Virus record (IMG/VR): IMGVR_UViG_3300031576_000015
Span: 29,996 to 93,995 of that record
DNA from: a virus
Taxonomy: Duplodnaviria > Heunggongvirae > Uroviricota > Caudoviricetes
DNA length: 64,000 nt
Strand: one strand, 5' to 3'
Below the pieces are notes generated by a model. That model saw only the letters and a program-made list of their open reading frames with translations. It had not been told where the DNA came from and made no database searches. Positions 43,580 through 53,769 of this stretch are shown piece after piece. The position numbers and the translations under genes were made by a program. How positions within the stretch are numbered: position 1 is the stretch's first letter; every line of letters starts with the position of its first letter.

Positions 43580-43815
43580 GGCCCGTCAAGTGTAGTGCCT
43601 GCGGTGGGTATGGCACACGGCTTCGGAGGACGGGATTCGAGCCAGAGGATGCGATCATAAGCGAACCGTGTGAGCACTGTGAGGGGACAGGACTCGACAT
43701 CCTGGCGACGGCGGAGAGTCTCGGGCCGTTATTCATTGGTCTCTCGGCGGTCCCTGGTCCCGACATGAATGAGCGGGATGCACTCATTGACGGCGGCCGT
43801 CCGGTACGGAGATAA
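43576..43815 (+). CDS. zinc-ribbon protein
   Basis: 79-aa ORF with CSACGG...CEHCEGTG. Confidence 0.4.
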   Translation: MRPVKCSACGGYGTRLRRTGFEPEDAIISEPCEHCEGTGLDILATAESLGPLFIGLSAVPGPDMNERDALIDGGRPVRR

Positions 43816-43836
43816 TGGGAGAGGGAGTGCAACCAA

Positions 43837-44223
43837 GTGAACAGGCTGACGCACAACCGTATAAAGTCGTACTATGCTCAGGTGCCGGGCGTCCGTCCGG
43901 CATACAAAGACTTTGGCGCCGGGAACTTCATTACCAATCCCAACTCCGATTGTTCGTGCGCCGTCCCTGTAGCCCTGCAAGTCGAAGGCGTGGGCGACGA
44001 ACTACGGATGGCATTCAGCGGGGCACATATCCCTGTCGTGGAGTGGTATCGGATTGCTTCCGATGCCCTGGGGGTCACAAAGGGCTACCTTGTGGGATGG
44101 GTCAAGGGGCTTGAGGCCCACCAGGACCGAGAGTTTGGGCCTCCAACCGGAGTTGACCAGTACATGGGCTTTGAAGATGCCACGGCTTTCTGCCAGTGGG
44201 TAGATTCTCTGGAGGGTAAGTGA
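43837..44223 (+). CDS. hypothetical protein
   Basis: 128-aa ORF. Confidence 0.4.
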   Translation: MNRLTHNRIKSYYAQVPGVRPAYKDFGAGNFITNPNSDCSCAVPVALQVEGVGDELRMAFSGAHIPVVEWYRIASDALGVTKGYLVGWVKGLEAHQDREFGPPTGVDQYMGFEDATAFCQWVDSLEGK

Positions 44224-44693
44224 TGCATCCACGGGAGCACGCGCAATCATCGGCTCGTAAGTGGGGCGGCAGGCTGGAGGATTACCTGCCCATCCACGAC
44301 TGGTTCGACGAGAGCAAGAGCCACCTGCCCGACATCAGGCATCGTGCCCTACGACACCACGCCCAAGGAATCTTCTGGGCCGAAGAGGTCTTTGGGCACA
44401 CTATCGCCAACAGCGCCGGCAAAGAGATTCCTGTGCGATATGTCGGGGAACAGCACGTCAAGGAGGACTTGGGCCGCATCCCTATCATCGCCGACTGGTT
44501 CAGGAACCTTACGCTCGAGCCGTGGATGCTAAAGGGCGGCCGCGACCCCGAGATTTCGGTGGTCTTCGATGGAGCCGAACTGCTCCACGGTTTTATCCCG
44601 TCCGACCAGGATGATCCAGACATGTGTGAGGTATGCGGGCGGGACCGGGGATACACACACCACATACGGCCGCTTGGTGTAACCCGTGACTAA
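44220..44693 (+). CDS. hypothetical protein
   Basis: 157-aa ORF. Confidence 0.4.
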   Translation: MMHPREHAQSSARKWGGRLEDYLPIHDWFDESKSHLPDIRHRALRHHAQGIFWAEEVFGHTIANSAGKEIPVRYVGEQHVKEDLGRIPIIADWFRNLTLEPWMLKGGRDPEISVVFDGAELLHGFIPSDQDDPDMCEVCGRDRGYTHHIRPLGVTRD

Positions 44694-45060
44694 AACATAC
44701 GATGTGGTAGCAACGTACGAAGAAAATTCACTCCGGCCTGTGGAATGGCCCAACCCACACGACATTATGGCCCTAGAGTCCTATGGGGTGCTCCAGGTGC
44801 TGATAATCTTCCATCTGTCGTGGGATGGTGCCATCAGCAAGTATTTCCAGGTCCTTGGTTCGCACTTCGGTCAAGACGAAGGACTGGTCATGGCCCGCCT
44901 TGGAAGGGAAGGTTTCTCCGCCGCCCTGTCAGGTCTAAAAGAAACTACTGAAGAGGTACTCGCCAAACGCTACAGCAAGGAGTACGAAGGGAACTACGAA
45001 GGCACTATCGTTGTGGACGTGAAGCATGGCACCTATCTCATGGGCACAGGAGGGACGTAA
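44686..45060 (+). CDS. hypothetical protein
   Basis: 124-aa ORF. Confidence 0.4.
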   Translation: MTKTYDVVATYEENSLRPVEWPNPHDIMALESYGVLQVLIIFHLSWDGAISKYFQVLGSHFGQDEGLVMARLGREGFSAALSGLKETTEEVLAKRYSKEYEGNYEGTIVVDVKHGTYLMGTGGT

Positions 45061-45175
45061 TGGGGGGGGCCTGACGGACGACTCATTACCTGAAACATGG
45101 CTCCCGTCACTAGTGCTTCACCTTGAGGACTTCCTCAAGACAAGGACAAGGATGACGTGAGAGAGCGGGTGAAAC

Positions 45176-45496
45176 GTGCCAAGGAAGCCGAAGAATCCTG
45201 GTGATGCCAGAGAGCCAATCGAAGAGGCCGGCCCATCACGTACAGGCGATATCGTGAACGGCGAATGGTGGATGTTCGTCCGATGGCTCAAGCACAATAA
45301 CACAATCGAGCAGGTTCATCCCCTACTACAAGAGGTCCAACGGACTCTCGGTTCTGCCCACCTGACCTATGCCACCATCCGCCGATTTCTTGACTCGAAG
45401 GACCCACAGTTCACATTGCGGCAGATGCAAGAGCAGCATGGTGCTGCACCAGCCGCCAGAGAGGCGGCAGAGGGAGGGGAAGATGGAAAGGGATAG
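45176..45496 (+). CDS. hypothetical protein
   Basis: 106-aa ORF. Confidence 0.35.
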   Translation: MPRKPKNPGDAREPIEEAGPSRTGDIVNGEWWMFVRWLKHNNTIEQVHPLLQEVQRTLGSAHLTYATIRRFLDSKDPQFTLRQMQEQHGAAPAAREAAEGGEDGKG

Positions 45497-45782
45497 GGCA
45501 GTTCTGGCTTTGAAGTCCGCCGTGCGCCACACTCTCCTAGTGTGGGATGCCACTCACGACCTAGAGACGGCACTCGACGCTAAAGAGGTTGGAGAGGAGG
45601 AAAGATACGACCTCCTTGCGTTCATCGAGCAGGTTGCTGTGGGATTTGACACCTCAGAACAGGTTACAACCGAAGCCATGAGCAACGCACTCGACAATTA
45701 CCTAACCTACCTAGGTGCCATCTCCGCCGGGATGGCAGCCGGGGACGAAGAAAAGGGGGACGATGATGGCGAACCCAACTGA
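45483..45782 (+). CDS. hypothetical acidic protein
   Basis: ATG at 45483 with GGAGGGGGAAG RBS. Confidence 0.4.
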   Translation: MERDRAVLALKSAVRHTLLVWDATHDLETALDAKEVGEEERYDLLAFIEQVAVGFDTSEQVTTEAMSNALDNYLTYLGAISAGMAAGDEEKGDDDGEPN

Positions 45783-46021
45783 CGTCTGCGGTCATCCAAA
45801 AGTTGCGGTCGGTGTCACGCTCAACGAGCCGCCCCTGAAGTTACGCGGCTTCTTCAACGCTGAAACCGGAAAGGCGATTCGGCTCCTGGCACCACGTACG
45901 TCCGCTGACTCAGTCCCATCCTGCTTGCCATGACACAAAAGGAGTGCCAAGACCTGGGCATCCCATTCGAGATTCTGCCTGACAACGAATACAAGGCTAT
46001 CGCGCCGGAAGGGGAGGACTA

Positions 46022-47227
46022 ATGCAGATTGCCCGTGTGCTCTCGATCCCAATCCAAATCCATATGCCAGTCCTAGTCATCGGGGAGCCAGGTGTCGGTA
46101 AGACCGCCACCATGTATAGCATCTCCCGTGCTCTTGGCTGGCACCTGGAGGTAGTCATCGCTTCCATTCGTGAGCCGGTGGACTTCTCTGGCTTCCCGTC
46201 CTTCAAGGACGTGCAGGTGGGGAACCGCATCCTCAGGGGCACCAGCCTTGCTGCACCCGACTGGGCACTCCGGTGCCTGGACACCAGTGGGACCTGCACT
46301 AGCCCACACTGCCCGTTCTACGACCGGGAACACCCTGTTGCGGGGCCGAGCATCATCCTGTTCGACGAGATCACTACAGCCGCGCCTGCCGTACAGGCCG
46401 CCCTGCTCCGCCCGGTGTTTGAGGGTGTGGTCGGGGAAGTAGCCTTGCCCAAGATTGCGGCACGGGTGGCTGCTGCCAACCCGGCGGAGATGGCTGCCGG
46501 TGGGTGGGACCTCACCGCCCCTCTCGCCAACCGCTTCATCCATCTGCCCTGGAAGTCCGAGACGGATGAATGGATTGAAGGCTCGTTGGCCGGGTGGCCG
46601 GAGCCGAAGTTGCCCATGCTCCCCGCCAAATGGATGGACCACTACCCGGACGCCATCACCAAGGTCGTTTCTTTCATCCGGGCCAAGCGCCAGTTGATTC
46701 AGATAGTCCCGGAGACAGAGGAACAGAAGGGCCGGGCATGGCCAAGCCGGCGCACCTGGACTATGGCCGCCCGCGTTTTGGCTGCCTGCAACAGCATCAA
46801 CGCCGACGATGGCATCCGCATCCCACTCATTGCCGGGTGTGTAGGCGTAGGACCTGGACAGGAGTTCGTGAACTGGCTCAAGCACCTGGACCTGCCCGAC
46901 CCGGCAGACCTCATCAAGAACCCGGAGTCGTTCAAGTTGCCCAAGACGGGCGACCAGCAATTCACCATCCTAGCGTCAGTGGCTACCTATACTGCCGGCA
47001 AGATCGAGAGTGACACCCTCACCAACAAGTCGAAAGAAGCCATCTGGCGGGCCGCCTGGAAGGTCATGGGAATGGCCGCCGAGCAGAACGCCAAGGACAT
47101 CGCCGCTGCGGCAGCGAAAACCCTGGCCAACCTGAAAGCCAAGCATCTGTGGCTACCCCTGCCAAAGGAGGATATCAAGCAGTTCGTGCCGCTCATGAAG
47201 CAGGCTGGCATGCTTGATGACGACTGA
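46022..47227 (+). CDS. MoxR-family AAA+ ATPase
   Basis: 401-aa ORF; Walker A 'GEPGVGKT', Walker B 'ILFDEI'; GGAGG RBS. Confidence 0.75.
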   Translation: MQIARVLSIPIQIHMPVLVIGEPGVGKTATMYSISRALGWHLEVVIASIREPVDFSGFPSFKDVQVGNRILRGTSLAAPDWALRCLDTSGTCTSPHCPFYDREHPVAGPSIILFDEITTAAPAVQAALLRPVFEGVVGEVALPKIAARVAAANPAEMAAGGWDLTAPLANRFIHLPWKSETDEWIEGSLAGWPEPKLPMLPAKWMDHYPDAITKVVSFIRAKRQLIQIVPETEEQKGRAWPSRRTWTMAARVLAACNSINADDGIRIPLIAGCVGVGPGQEFVNWLKHLDLPDPADLIKNPESFKLPKTGDQQFTILASVATYTAGKIESDTLTNKSKEAIWRAAWKVMGMAAEQNAKDIAAAAAKTLANLKAKHLWLPLPKEDIKQFVPLMKQAGMLDDD

Positions 47228-47478
47228 TGCCCAACAGCGACGACGCTGTCACCTTGAAGGCTGGCTTCACCGAAGATGGGAAGGTAGAGGTCCTGAAGGT
47301 GAAGTGCAACAACGGTGAGTTGCACCGCCTACAAATCAAGGATGGTAGAGTGCTCCTGCTTGACCACCCGCAGGACGAGATTGAGGCTGAGCAGGTGATG
47401 ACCAAACTCGGTGGCCGCCCTTGCGAATGTGTCCGTTTTCTCATGTGGGAACGCCAGAACATGAAGAGAAACCGATGA
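47227..47478 (+). CDS. hypothetical protein
   Basis: 83-aa ORF between the ATPase and the VWA gene; ATGA overlap at its end. Confidence 0.4.
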   Translation: MPNSDDAVTLKAGFTEDGKVEVLKVKCNNGELHRLQIKDGRVLLLDHPQDEIEAEQVMTKLGGRPCECVRFLMWERQNMKRNR

Positions 47479-48926
47479 GATGGCCGATGAGATGGCCAAG
47501 GTGGCCACGCTTCCAGCCTGTCGCTGTAATTGGGAAGTCGGGCGCCGAGACAATGCCGTTCGAACTCCAGGCAGCCCGTCTCGCCCTGGGTGACAAAAGA
47601 CCCTACCTCCAGACACTTCTCTACAGCCTCATCCCGCTTGAGAGAGCAACAGGAACTATGGGGCCACTTCCAACTCTGGCCGTAGACAAGTTCCACCGAC
47701 TTTACTATAATCCAGAAGTGGGCACAAAGTGGAATCAAGAACAACTCATGGCGGTGCTTTACCATGAGGTCCAGCATCTGCTTAGGGAGCATCCGGGTCG
47801 GGGGGAGGACAACCACGCCGACCCGACAATTTTCAACATCGCCGGGGACCTGGAAATCAACGACGACATTCAGGATGAAGAGGGCGGTACGTTCAAGTTG
47901 CCCAAGCCCTATCTTCACCCGAAGAACTTCGAGATGAACGGTAAGAAGTTCGAATGGCCTACTGGGCTAATGGCGGAGGAGTATTACGCCAAAATCCTGA
48001 AGGAAATCCCACCAGAACTCAAGCAAGGCGGTAAAGGCGGTAAACAGGAAGGTGGTGGCGGCCAGCCCCAGCCCGGCCAGGGAGCAGGCAAGGACCAACG
48101 AGTCAAGCAGGGTCAAGTCCAGCCCGGTGCGGGGTCCTGCGGCTCGGCATCCCACGGTCAGAAGGAGGAATGGGAGGAGGAAGGGCCTGGAGGCGCTGGA
48201 AAAGACGGCAAGCCAGCCCCTAACGGCGTTAGCCGGGCCGAGTCCGAACTCATCCAGCGCAAGGTGGCAGAGGACGTCAGGGACTACGACCCAAACGCAG
48301 AAGGGAACAAAGGCCGGGGTGACGCGCCAGCCTGGATGAAGCGATGGGCCAAGGACAAACTGAACCCAAAGGTCCCTTGGCAGAGGGTTCTGGCGGGTGT
48401 GTTCCGCAGGGCCATCGCGGATGTAAGTGGCATGGTGGACTTCACCTACCGCAAGCCGTCCAGGCGCATGGGTGCCAACCCCGACTTCGTGCTTCCGGCG
48501 TTCCGCCGGCCCATGCCACGCATCGTCTTCGTCGTGGATACCAGTGGTTCTATTTCCGATGCTATGCTGGCCCAAGACTTGGCGGAGGTCGCCCAGGTGC
48601 TGAAGACAGTGGGTGTATACGGCGGGATTACCGTAATGTCTGTGGACCACGCCGTCGGAACCTGCAAGAAGGTCATGTCCGTCAAGCAGGTGGACCTCAT
48701 TGGCGGCGGTGGTACGGACATGGGCATTGGGTTGGCCCACGCCGAAACCCTGAGGCCCAAGCCGGACATTGTGTGCGTCTTGACCGATGGTATCACACCC
48801 TGGCCAGGAAAAGCACCCAAGGGGTTCAAGGTTATCATCATTATCATGGGCAAGAACGCAATGCCAACTCCACCCTGGGGACGGGTGTTGTACATTGACG
48901 ACCCTATGAAGGGAGTGAGGGACTGA
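47475..48926 (+). CDS. VWA-domain protein with N-terminal HExxH metallopeptidase-like domain (DUF2201-like MoxR partner)
   Basis: 'YHEVQHLLREH' HExxH; MIDAS 'VVDTSGSIS'; start ambiguous (47475 ATGA-coupled, or 47553). Confidence 0.65.
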   Translation: MRWPMRWPRWPRFQPVAVIGKSGAETMPFELQAARLALGDKRPYLQTLLYSLIPLERATGTMGPLPTLAVDKFHRLYYNPEVGTKWNQEQLMAVLYHEVQHLLREHPGRGEDNHADPTIFNIAGDLEINDDIQDEEGGTFKLPKPYLHPKNFEMNGKKFEWPTGLMAEEYYAKILKEIPPELKQGGKGGKQEGGGGQPQPGQGAGKDQRVKQGQVQPGAGSCGSASHGQKEEWEEEGPGGAGKDGKPAPNGVSRAESELIQRKVAEDVRDYDPNAEGNKGRGDAPAWMKRWAKDKLNPKVPWQRVLAGVFRRAIADVSGMVDFTYRKPSRRMGANPDFVLPAFRRPMPRIVFVVDTSGSISDAMLAQDLAEVAQVLKTVGVYGGITVMSVDHAVGTCKKVMSVKQVDLIGGGGTDMGIGLAHAETLRPKPDIVCVLTDGITPWPGKAPKGFKVIIIIMGKNAMPTPPWGRVLYIDDPMKGVRD

Positions 48927-49291
48927 TGAATTCTACGAAGATGCCTGTCGAGCGCAACGCCATAATCGAAAGTGCAGACATCAGCAATGACGACCACGGG
49001 GTTCTCTCGGCCTGGATTCATTTGGACTACGGCGGGAGTGGTCAGGGGTTTGGCGGCTACGTCCTATACCTGCCGGGTAACTTCAGGCACAGCACCAACC
49101 AAAAGAACTATGCCGGCCTGTTCATTTGGCGTGTGATGGAAATTGTAGGTGTCGAGCAGTGGTCTGAACTGAAAGGCAAAACAGTTCGAATTCGGCACAC
49201 TGACGACAAAGTCCACGCCATCGGGCACATCGTCAACAATGACTGGTTCGATCCGTCCGTCGAGTTTGCGCGACTGAGGGAGAACACATGA
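48926..49291 (+). CDS. hypothetical protein
   Basis: 121-aa ORF. Confidence 0.4.
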   Translation: MNSTKMPVERNAIIESADISNDDHGVLSAWIHLDYGGSGQGFGGYVLYLPGNFRHSTNQKNYAGLFIWRVMEIVGVEQWSELKGKTVRIRHTDDKVHAIGHIVNNDWFDPSVEFARLRENT

Positions 49292-49542
49292 GTTACCGCT
49301 GTCAGAACTGCGGCGCCAGGATTCCTCCGAACAATCCGGCCTTCCGAAAGGTGGTGGAAACCCGTGCCAAGACCTATCCGCGCCGCCCGAAGACAAATCG
49401 TTTCGTCCGCCAGGAGCGTCGTATCCCCTGGCCGGAGAAGTGGCAAAAGGAAGGCGGGTTCATCCTCACAGACGACTCTGGCGGAGTGGGCCAAGAGGTC
49501 GTCAAAGAGGTCTTGGTCTGTGCCAGGTGCCACCGTGGTTGA
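49288..49542 (+). CDS. zinc-ribbon protein
   Basis: 84-aa ORF with CQNCGAR...CARCHRG. Confidence 0.4.
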   Translation: MSYRCQNCGARIPPNNPAFRKVVETRAKTYPRRPKTNRFVRQERRIPWPEKWQKEGGFILTDDSGGVGQEVVKEVLVCARCHRG

Positions 49543-49754
49543 AGGGAAGCCGGACACTTTCGGAGGCCCACGTCCAAGAAGTGATAGCGGCAGGCTGGGT
49601 CGTAGTGGAGTACCTAGAACCGACCCGGGGCATGAGAAACCACGCTATCATTATAACCTCTGGCCGAAGTCCTCCGATCAGCACTGGGACGTAGCCCGTA
49701 ACCTGGAACAGTTGTACCGCTTGTTCAAGAAATGGGTCTATTGGGAGGGGTAGC

Positions 49755-50681
49755 ATGGCCTGGAGAAAGGACCCGTCTACCGGAGCCTGGAAGCGGTATC
49801 GCCGGACCTACAACAAGGAAACGCAACAGTGGGACTACAAAGAAATCAAAGGGCGAAGAAAGTACACCACCACAGATTCGGTAACCATTCAAGTCCGGTG
49901 CTCCGGGCATCTGCACACTATTTCGTTTACACCCCATAAGACTGTACCAGGGCGCAAGATACGCCACGGCGGGCGTCTAACTCTGCATCACCACGATATC
50001 CACGAAGACTTGCCGCTGGAAAAGGCTATGGTACGGCTCGGACAGGGTAAACTGAGCCGGTGTTTCCATGTCTTCGATGCTTTCGTGGACTTGCAGAAGA
50101 GGACTGGTCGCTACGGCAGTGCCTACGTTAGCCGCCGAAGACTTCCTCCAGAGTTGCAGTACCTCCTTCAAGACGTCATCATCCCGGCACTCCGTCACAG
50201 GGAGAACATCAAATGGCGCAGGAGTCAGAAGATGATAAACCCAGATCTCCTGGCAATGCCATTGTCTGAACGCCTGCCGTATATTGTGAGCATGGCTGCC
50301 AAAACGGCCCTACGGCTGACACGGTACTTTTCTCTGGTGAAGCGCAATCCAGAGACAGACGATTACGAAACAATCGTCGTGCGAGACGATGAATACGGAA
50401 GTATTCATGGCTACGCGAACTCATGGCGCGGGGGAATCAGCCTCAAGGCCAAAATCCACCTGTCCCGCTGGTGGAAACTACGTCGGATTGGAGCCGCACT
50501 TGTCGAAGGGTTGTTCATCGCAGACTTGGCCCACGAGAAACTACAGGAAAAGTACCCGGTTGGCGAAAACGAGTTGCTGGTGATAGCAGGAAAGCCAATC
50601 CAAAACGATATGGTGACAGACGGTCTAGCCGTCATCCAACTGGAGGGCGCGGAGTGGAAACTCGTCAGATGGGTACCCTAA
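49755..50681 (+). CDS. hypothetical protein
   Basis: 308-aa ORF. Confidence 0.4.
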   Translation: MAWRKDPSTGAWKRYRRTYNKETQQWDYKEIKGRRKYTTTDSVTIQVRCSGHLHTISFTPHKTVPGRKIRHGGRLTLHHHDIHEDLPLEKAMVRLGQGKLSRCFHVFDAFVDLQKRTGRYGSAYVSRRRLPPELQYLLQDVIIPALRHRENIKWRRSQKMINPDLLAMPLSERLPYIVSMAAKTALRLTRYFSLVKRNPETDDYETIVVRDDEYGSIHGYANSWRGGISLKAKIHLSRWWKLRRIGAALVEGLFIADLAHEKLQEKYPVGENELLVIAGKPIQNDMVTDGLAVIQLEGAEWKLVRWVP

Positions 50682-51376
50682 CGGCGGCGCTTCTGGTATG
50701 GGAAATTGGCGCACGCATGATTGGGTATCCAGTCCTAGTGCCGCCGTCGTTGGTAGTGCCACACCTGGTAGGTGTAGGGCTGTCCCACATCTGGGCTAGT
50801 ATGCAAGTCGTTCTCCTGGGCTTCGCTCTGGCCGGCACAACAGGTACGGCCGCCGGAATCCTGTCAGTACGTTATCATCTGGCCCACGACCTAGTTGTAC
50901 CAGTGGCCGACGCCATGCGGAACGTGTCCGCCCTAGCCCTGTTTCCACCACTCATCATTTTCCTAGGTCTGGGACTGTGGAGCAAGGGCTTTGTCATCTT
51001 GTGGGCGGCATGGCCAGCCGTGCTCCTATCCACCATCTTCGGATTGACAGCCGTAGACCGGGACGTTGTAGACGCCGCCCAACTTGACGGGGCCGGCCCT
51101 TGGATCGTGCTGTGGCACATCACCCTACCACTGTCGATGGGTGTCGTGCTTACAGGCTTGCGAATTGGCATGGGCGCTGGATGGGTAGCCTTGGTGGCCG
51201 CCGAGATGCTTGGGGCTAGCCGGGGCCTGGGCTGGCTGGTATTGTCCTATGCCCACACCTTTCAGTTCCCGGAGATGTACGCGGCCATCGTAGTCATAGC
51301 GGCCATAGGGTTCTGCATGAACACGGCTCTGCTTTGGCTGCAGGGTACTATCGAGAGGAGGTTATACGATGCGTAG
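50669..51376 (+). CDS. ABC transporter permease (SsuC/TauC/NrtB-like)
   Basis: Multiple TM helices plus the EAA-loop region 'AAQLDGAGPWIVLWHITLP'; start chosen at 50669, the first Met after the upstream stop. Confidence 0.6.
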   Translation: MGTLTAALLVWEIGARMIGYPVLVPPSLVVPHLVGVGLSHIWASMQVVLLGFALAGTTGTAAGILSVRYHLAHDLVVPVADAMRNVSALALFPPLIIFLGLGLWSKGFVILWAAWPAVLLSTIFGLTAVDRDVVDAAQLDGAGPWIVLWHITLPLSMGVVLTGLRIGMGAGWVALVAAEMLGASRGLGWLVLSYAHTFQFPEMYAAIVVIAAIGFCMNTALLWLQGTIERRLYDA

Positions 51377-52271
51377 ACTGGTGTTGATTCTGGCCGGCTT
51401 GCTCTTGCTAATGGCCGCTATCGTGGGGATTGCCCGGTCAGCAGTTCCGCCCAAGGTGCGTTACCTCTCCATCAAGTTCTACGACCCATTCTACATCGCC
51501 TACGAGCGGGGGCTGTTTGCCAAGCATGGCATCCGGGTGACCCTGGAGTTCACGCACGCAGGCGGTCCCACCGTGGTTGCCGCCATCGCAGGTGGCTCGG
51601 CTGACGTGGGCACTGTAGCCATCCCGGCACTAATCAATGCCACCGTCGCCGGCTTGCCCGTCGTTGGTTTCGCCGACGTACAAAGCATCCTGCCGGGCCA
51701 GCCGTTACTGGCATTTTTCGTTAGGAATGATTCGCTAGTGAAAACTCCAGCCGACGCCTATGGCCGAATCTGGGCAGTAAACACGTCTGGCGCGGCGTTC
51801 CACTACCTGGCCATACTAGCCCTCAAGCAGTGGAATGTGGACCCGGCCGAGGTGAACTTCGTGACCCTGCCTTTCGATGCACAGGTACTCGCCTTGGAGC
51901 ACGGCACAGTAGACATCATCGGCCTGCCAGAGCCCTTTGCTACCTACGCCGGGCAGCGTGGATTCCGCCGACTCATCACAGCCCTAGACATCGTCGGCCC
52001 CAAACAAGTGACCTTATACGCGGCTAGGCCAGACTTCGATAAGAAGACACTAGCCAAGTTCGTCGGGGCTGTGAACGAGGCCGTCTTGTGGTCCTACAAG
52101 AATCCGCAGGAGGCCGCCAAGATAGTCAGCAAGTACACAGGAGTACGGGCAGAGGACATAGTGATTGTGCGGTTCCAGCCTGCCATGCGGGTAATGGTAG
52201 ACGATTGCCTATGGTGGGCCAACCTCCTGGGCAAGAAGGTCCTGCCCTGCACAGACCGGGTACGCCCTTGA
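51369..52271 (+). CDS. ABC transporter substrate-binding protein (NMT1/SsuA-like)
   Basis: 300-aa ORF with signal-anchor N-terminus; overlaps the permease by 8 nt. Confidence 0.55.
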   Translation: MRRLVLILAGLLLLMAAIVGIARSAVPPKVRYLSIKFYDPFYIAYERGLFAKHGIRVTLEFTHAGGPTVVAAIAGGSADVGTVAIPALINATVAGLPVVGFADVQSILPGQPLLAFFVRNDSLVKTPADAYGRIWAVNTSGAAFHYLAILALKQWNVDPAEVNFVTLPFDAQVLALEHGTVDIIGLPEPFATYAGQRGFRRLITALDIVGPKQVTLYAARPDFDKKTLAKFVGAVNEAVLWSYKNPQEAAKIVSKYTGVRAEDIVIVRFQPAMRVMVDDCLWWANLLGKKVLPCTDRVRP

Positions 52272-52384
52272 GTGGAATAGTGAGTAGAATAGGGCTAGAG
52301 GCACCGATACGTCGCATTTCTGAGAGAGAGAATACCAGAAATGCTTGGCGCCGGGTTCGAAACAGGCGCAAGAAACTGAAGTCA

Positions 52385-53215
52385 ATGACAGTGATAGGAA
52401 AGTCCCACGTTATTTGCCTGAAGAAACATCGGCATAACGTGCAGTTTGTGCGGGGTAGTCTTATCGTCCCACACGCGCCCGATGAGTTCCTTATAGACAA
52501 AGTCTTTCGTCGACTCGGGCCACGCCAGATGAAGGCGTTCCGGTGCCACAACTTGGTGTTGGAATGGCGCGGCAAACGAAACAAATGGGGCGGCACGAAG
52601 ACGGATTACAGGAGCATCCCGGAGGACCTACGACATATACGCGAAACAGGGTGGCAAATCACCCGGGCGCGGGCAACCTTTCACCGGTGCCTAAGCCAAC
52701 TGAACGACTGGACCGGGAATGGTGACATACTGACCGCCCAAAAAGAGAAACGGGCACAACTCCGCATGGTGAGCACGGCCCGGGTACTGCTGGAGCGATA
52801 CACGAAGCAGGTGAACCTTGGCTCTCGCCCTGCTAAACGCGGTAAGCGAACTGTCCAGGAGTTCAAAGTCAGTTGGGACCCACAGGAAAGAGGACATGTG
52901 TACAATCACCTCTCTCTCTGGCGTAAGGCGGCCACGATCATATTCCAGGCCAGTCTATTCTGGGATGTTCACAAAGCCGGCATTGCCATTGCCACTCACT
53001 CCACGGAAGGCAAGGTGCTAGTCTTGGAAATCAAATCCAGAAAGGACAAGGTCTTCAAGGTTGAGGCCCTTTACCAATGGATGAAGGAGGAATATGGATG
53101 GGACTCGACAGGAAGTTACAGCCCAACCGGAAAGAAGCGCCTAGACCTAGAGTTCCGGGCGGCAACAGTCACCCTGGAGAACGGAACGCCGATGCTGAAG
53201 TGGACGACGAAGTGA
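52385..53215 (+). CDS. hypothetical basic protein
   Basis: Listed ORF 52088-53215 overlaps the SBP gene; first plausible start is ATG 52385 (GTG at 52280 also possible). Confidence 0.4.
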   Translation: MTVIGKSHVICLKKHRHNVQFVRGSLIVPHAPDEFLIDKVFRRLGPRQMKAFRCHNLVLEWRGKRNKWGGTKTDYRSIPEDLRHIRETGWQITRARATFHRCLSQLNDWTGNGDILTAQKEKRAQLRMVSTARVLLERYTKQVNLGSRPAKRGKRTVQEFKVSWDPQERGHVYNHLSLWRKAATIIFQASLFWDVHKAGIAIATHSTEGKVLVLEIKSRKDKVFKVEALYQWMKEEYGWDSTGSYSPTGKKRLDLEFRAATVTLENGTPMLKWTTK

Positions 53216-53243
53216 CTTCCAGGATCACAAGGGAGGTGATACG

Positions 53244-53561
53244 ATGAAGGCGGCCCGGCTAAGCAAGGATGATAAGCAGTACCGTTGCGGACTGTGCCTA
53301 TCATTCGTTCGGGTGGGTGAGTATTACCACGATGGTCACGGCCGCCTGATTGTGAACCATTCAGGTTCTAACCTGGCGTACCATCCCAGGTGCATCAAGA
53401 AGGCAGGCAAGAAAACTCAGGAGGTGGTTAGAAATGAGGTCGTACTGGAGCAGCCTAACGGAGAAGGAGAAACTCCTTTGGGCAGCGGGTTTCCTAGAGG
53501 GCGAGGGGAACTTCCAGTGGAACAAGACCCCGACAGCCCAGGCGAACCAGACTCAGCCTAG
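53244..53561 (+). CDS. small zinc-binding protein
   Basis: AAGGGAGGTGA RBS; 'CGLC...H..H...C'; low-complexity tail overlaps the endonuclease remnant. Confidence 0.4.
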   Translation: MKAARLSKDDKQYRCGLCLSFVRVGEYYHDGHGRLIVNHSGSNLAYHPRCIKKAGKKTQEVVRNEVVLEQPNGEGETPLGSGFPRGRGELPVEQDPDSPGEPDSA

Positions 53562-53700
53562 GACCGCTCCGTAGACTCCGGTCTATCTTCGGTGGTAATA
53601 TCTATCGCCTAAGCCTAGCCGGGGAAAGGGCGAAGGGACGTAAGACCAGGGACGCCCACCGATGGGCCGTACACGGCTTCAAGGCACGTTCCGCGATGGA
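53434..53700 (+). pseudogene. frameshifted LAGLIDADG homing endonuclease remnant sharing Ku's MRSYWS start
   Basis: Frame 1: MRSYWSSLTEKEKLLWAAGFLEGEGNF...stop at 53572; frame 2 continues ...SIFGGNIYRLSLAGERAKG...(HE C-terminal 'GGxIY' region). Confidence 0.55.
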
Positions 53701-53769
53701 CCGGCTATATCCGCACCTAAGCACACGACGCCAGAAACAAATCCAAGTTGCAAAGGGGAGTGGATTCTG

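Noticed and set aside
46073-48740. Minus-strand ORFs 46073-46960 and 47967-48740 antisense to the MoxR and VWA genes
   Set aside because: Embedded in genes that have clear Walker and MIDAS motifs. Their translations are Arg/Gly/Pro-rich noise.
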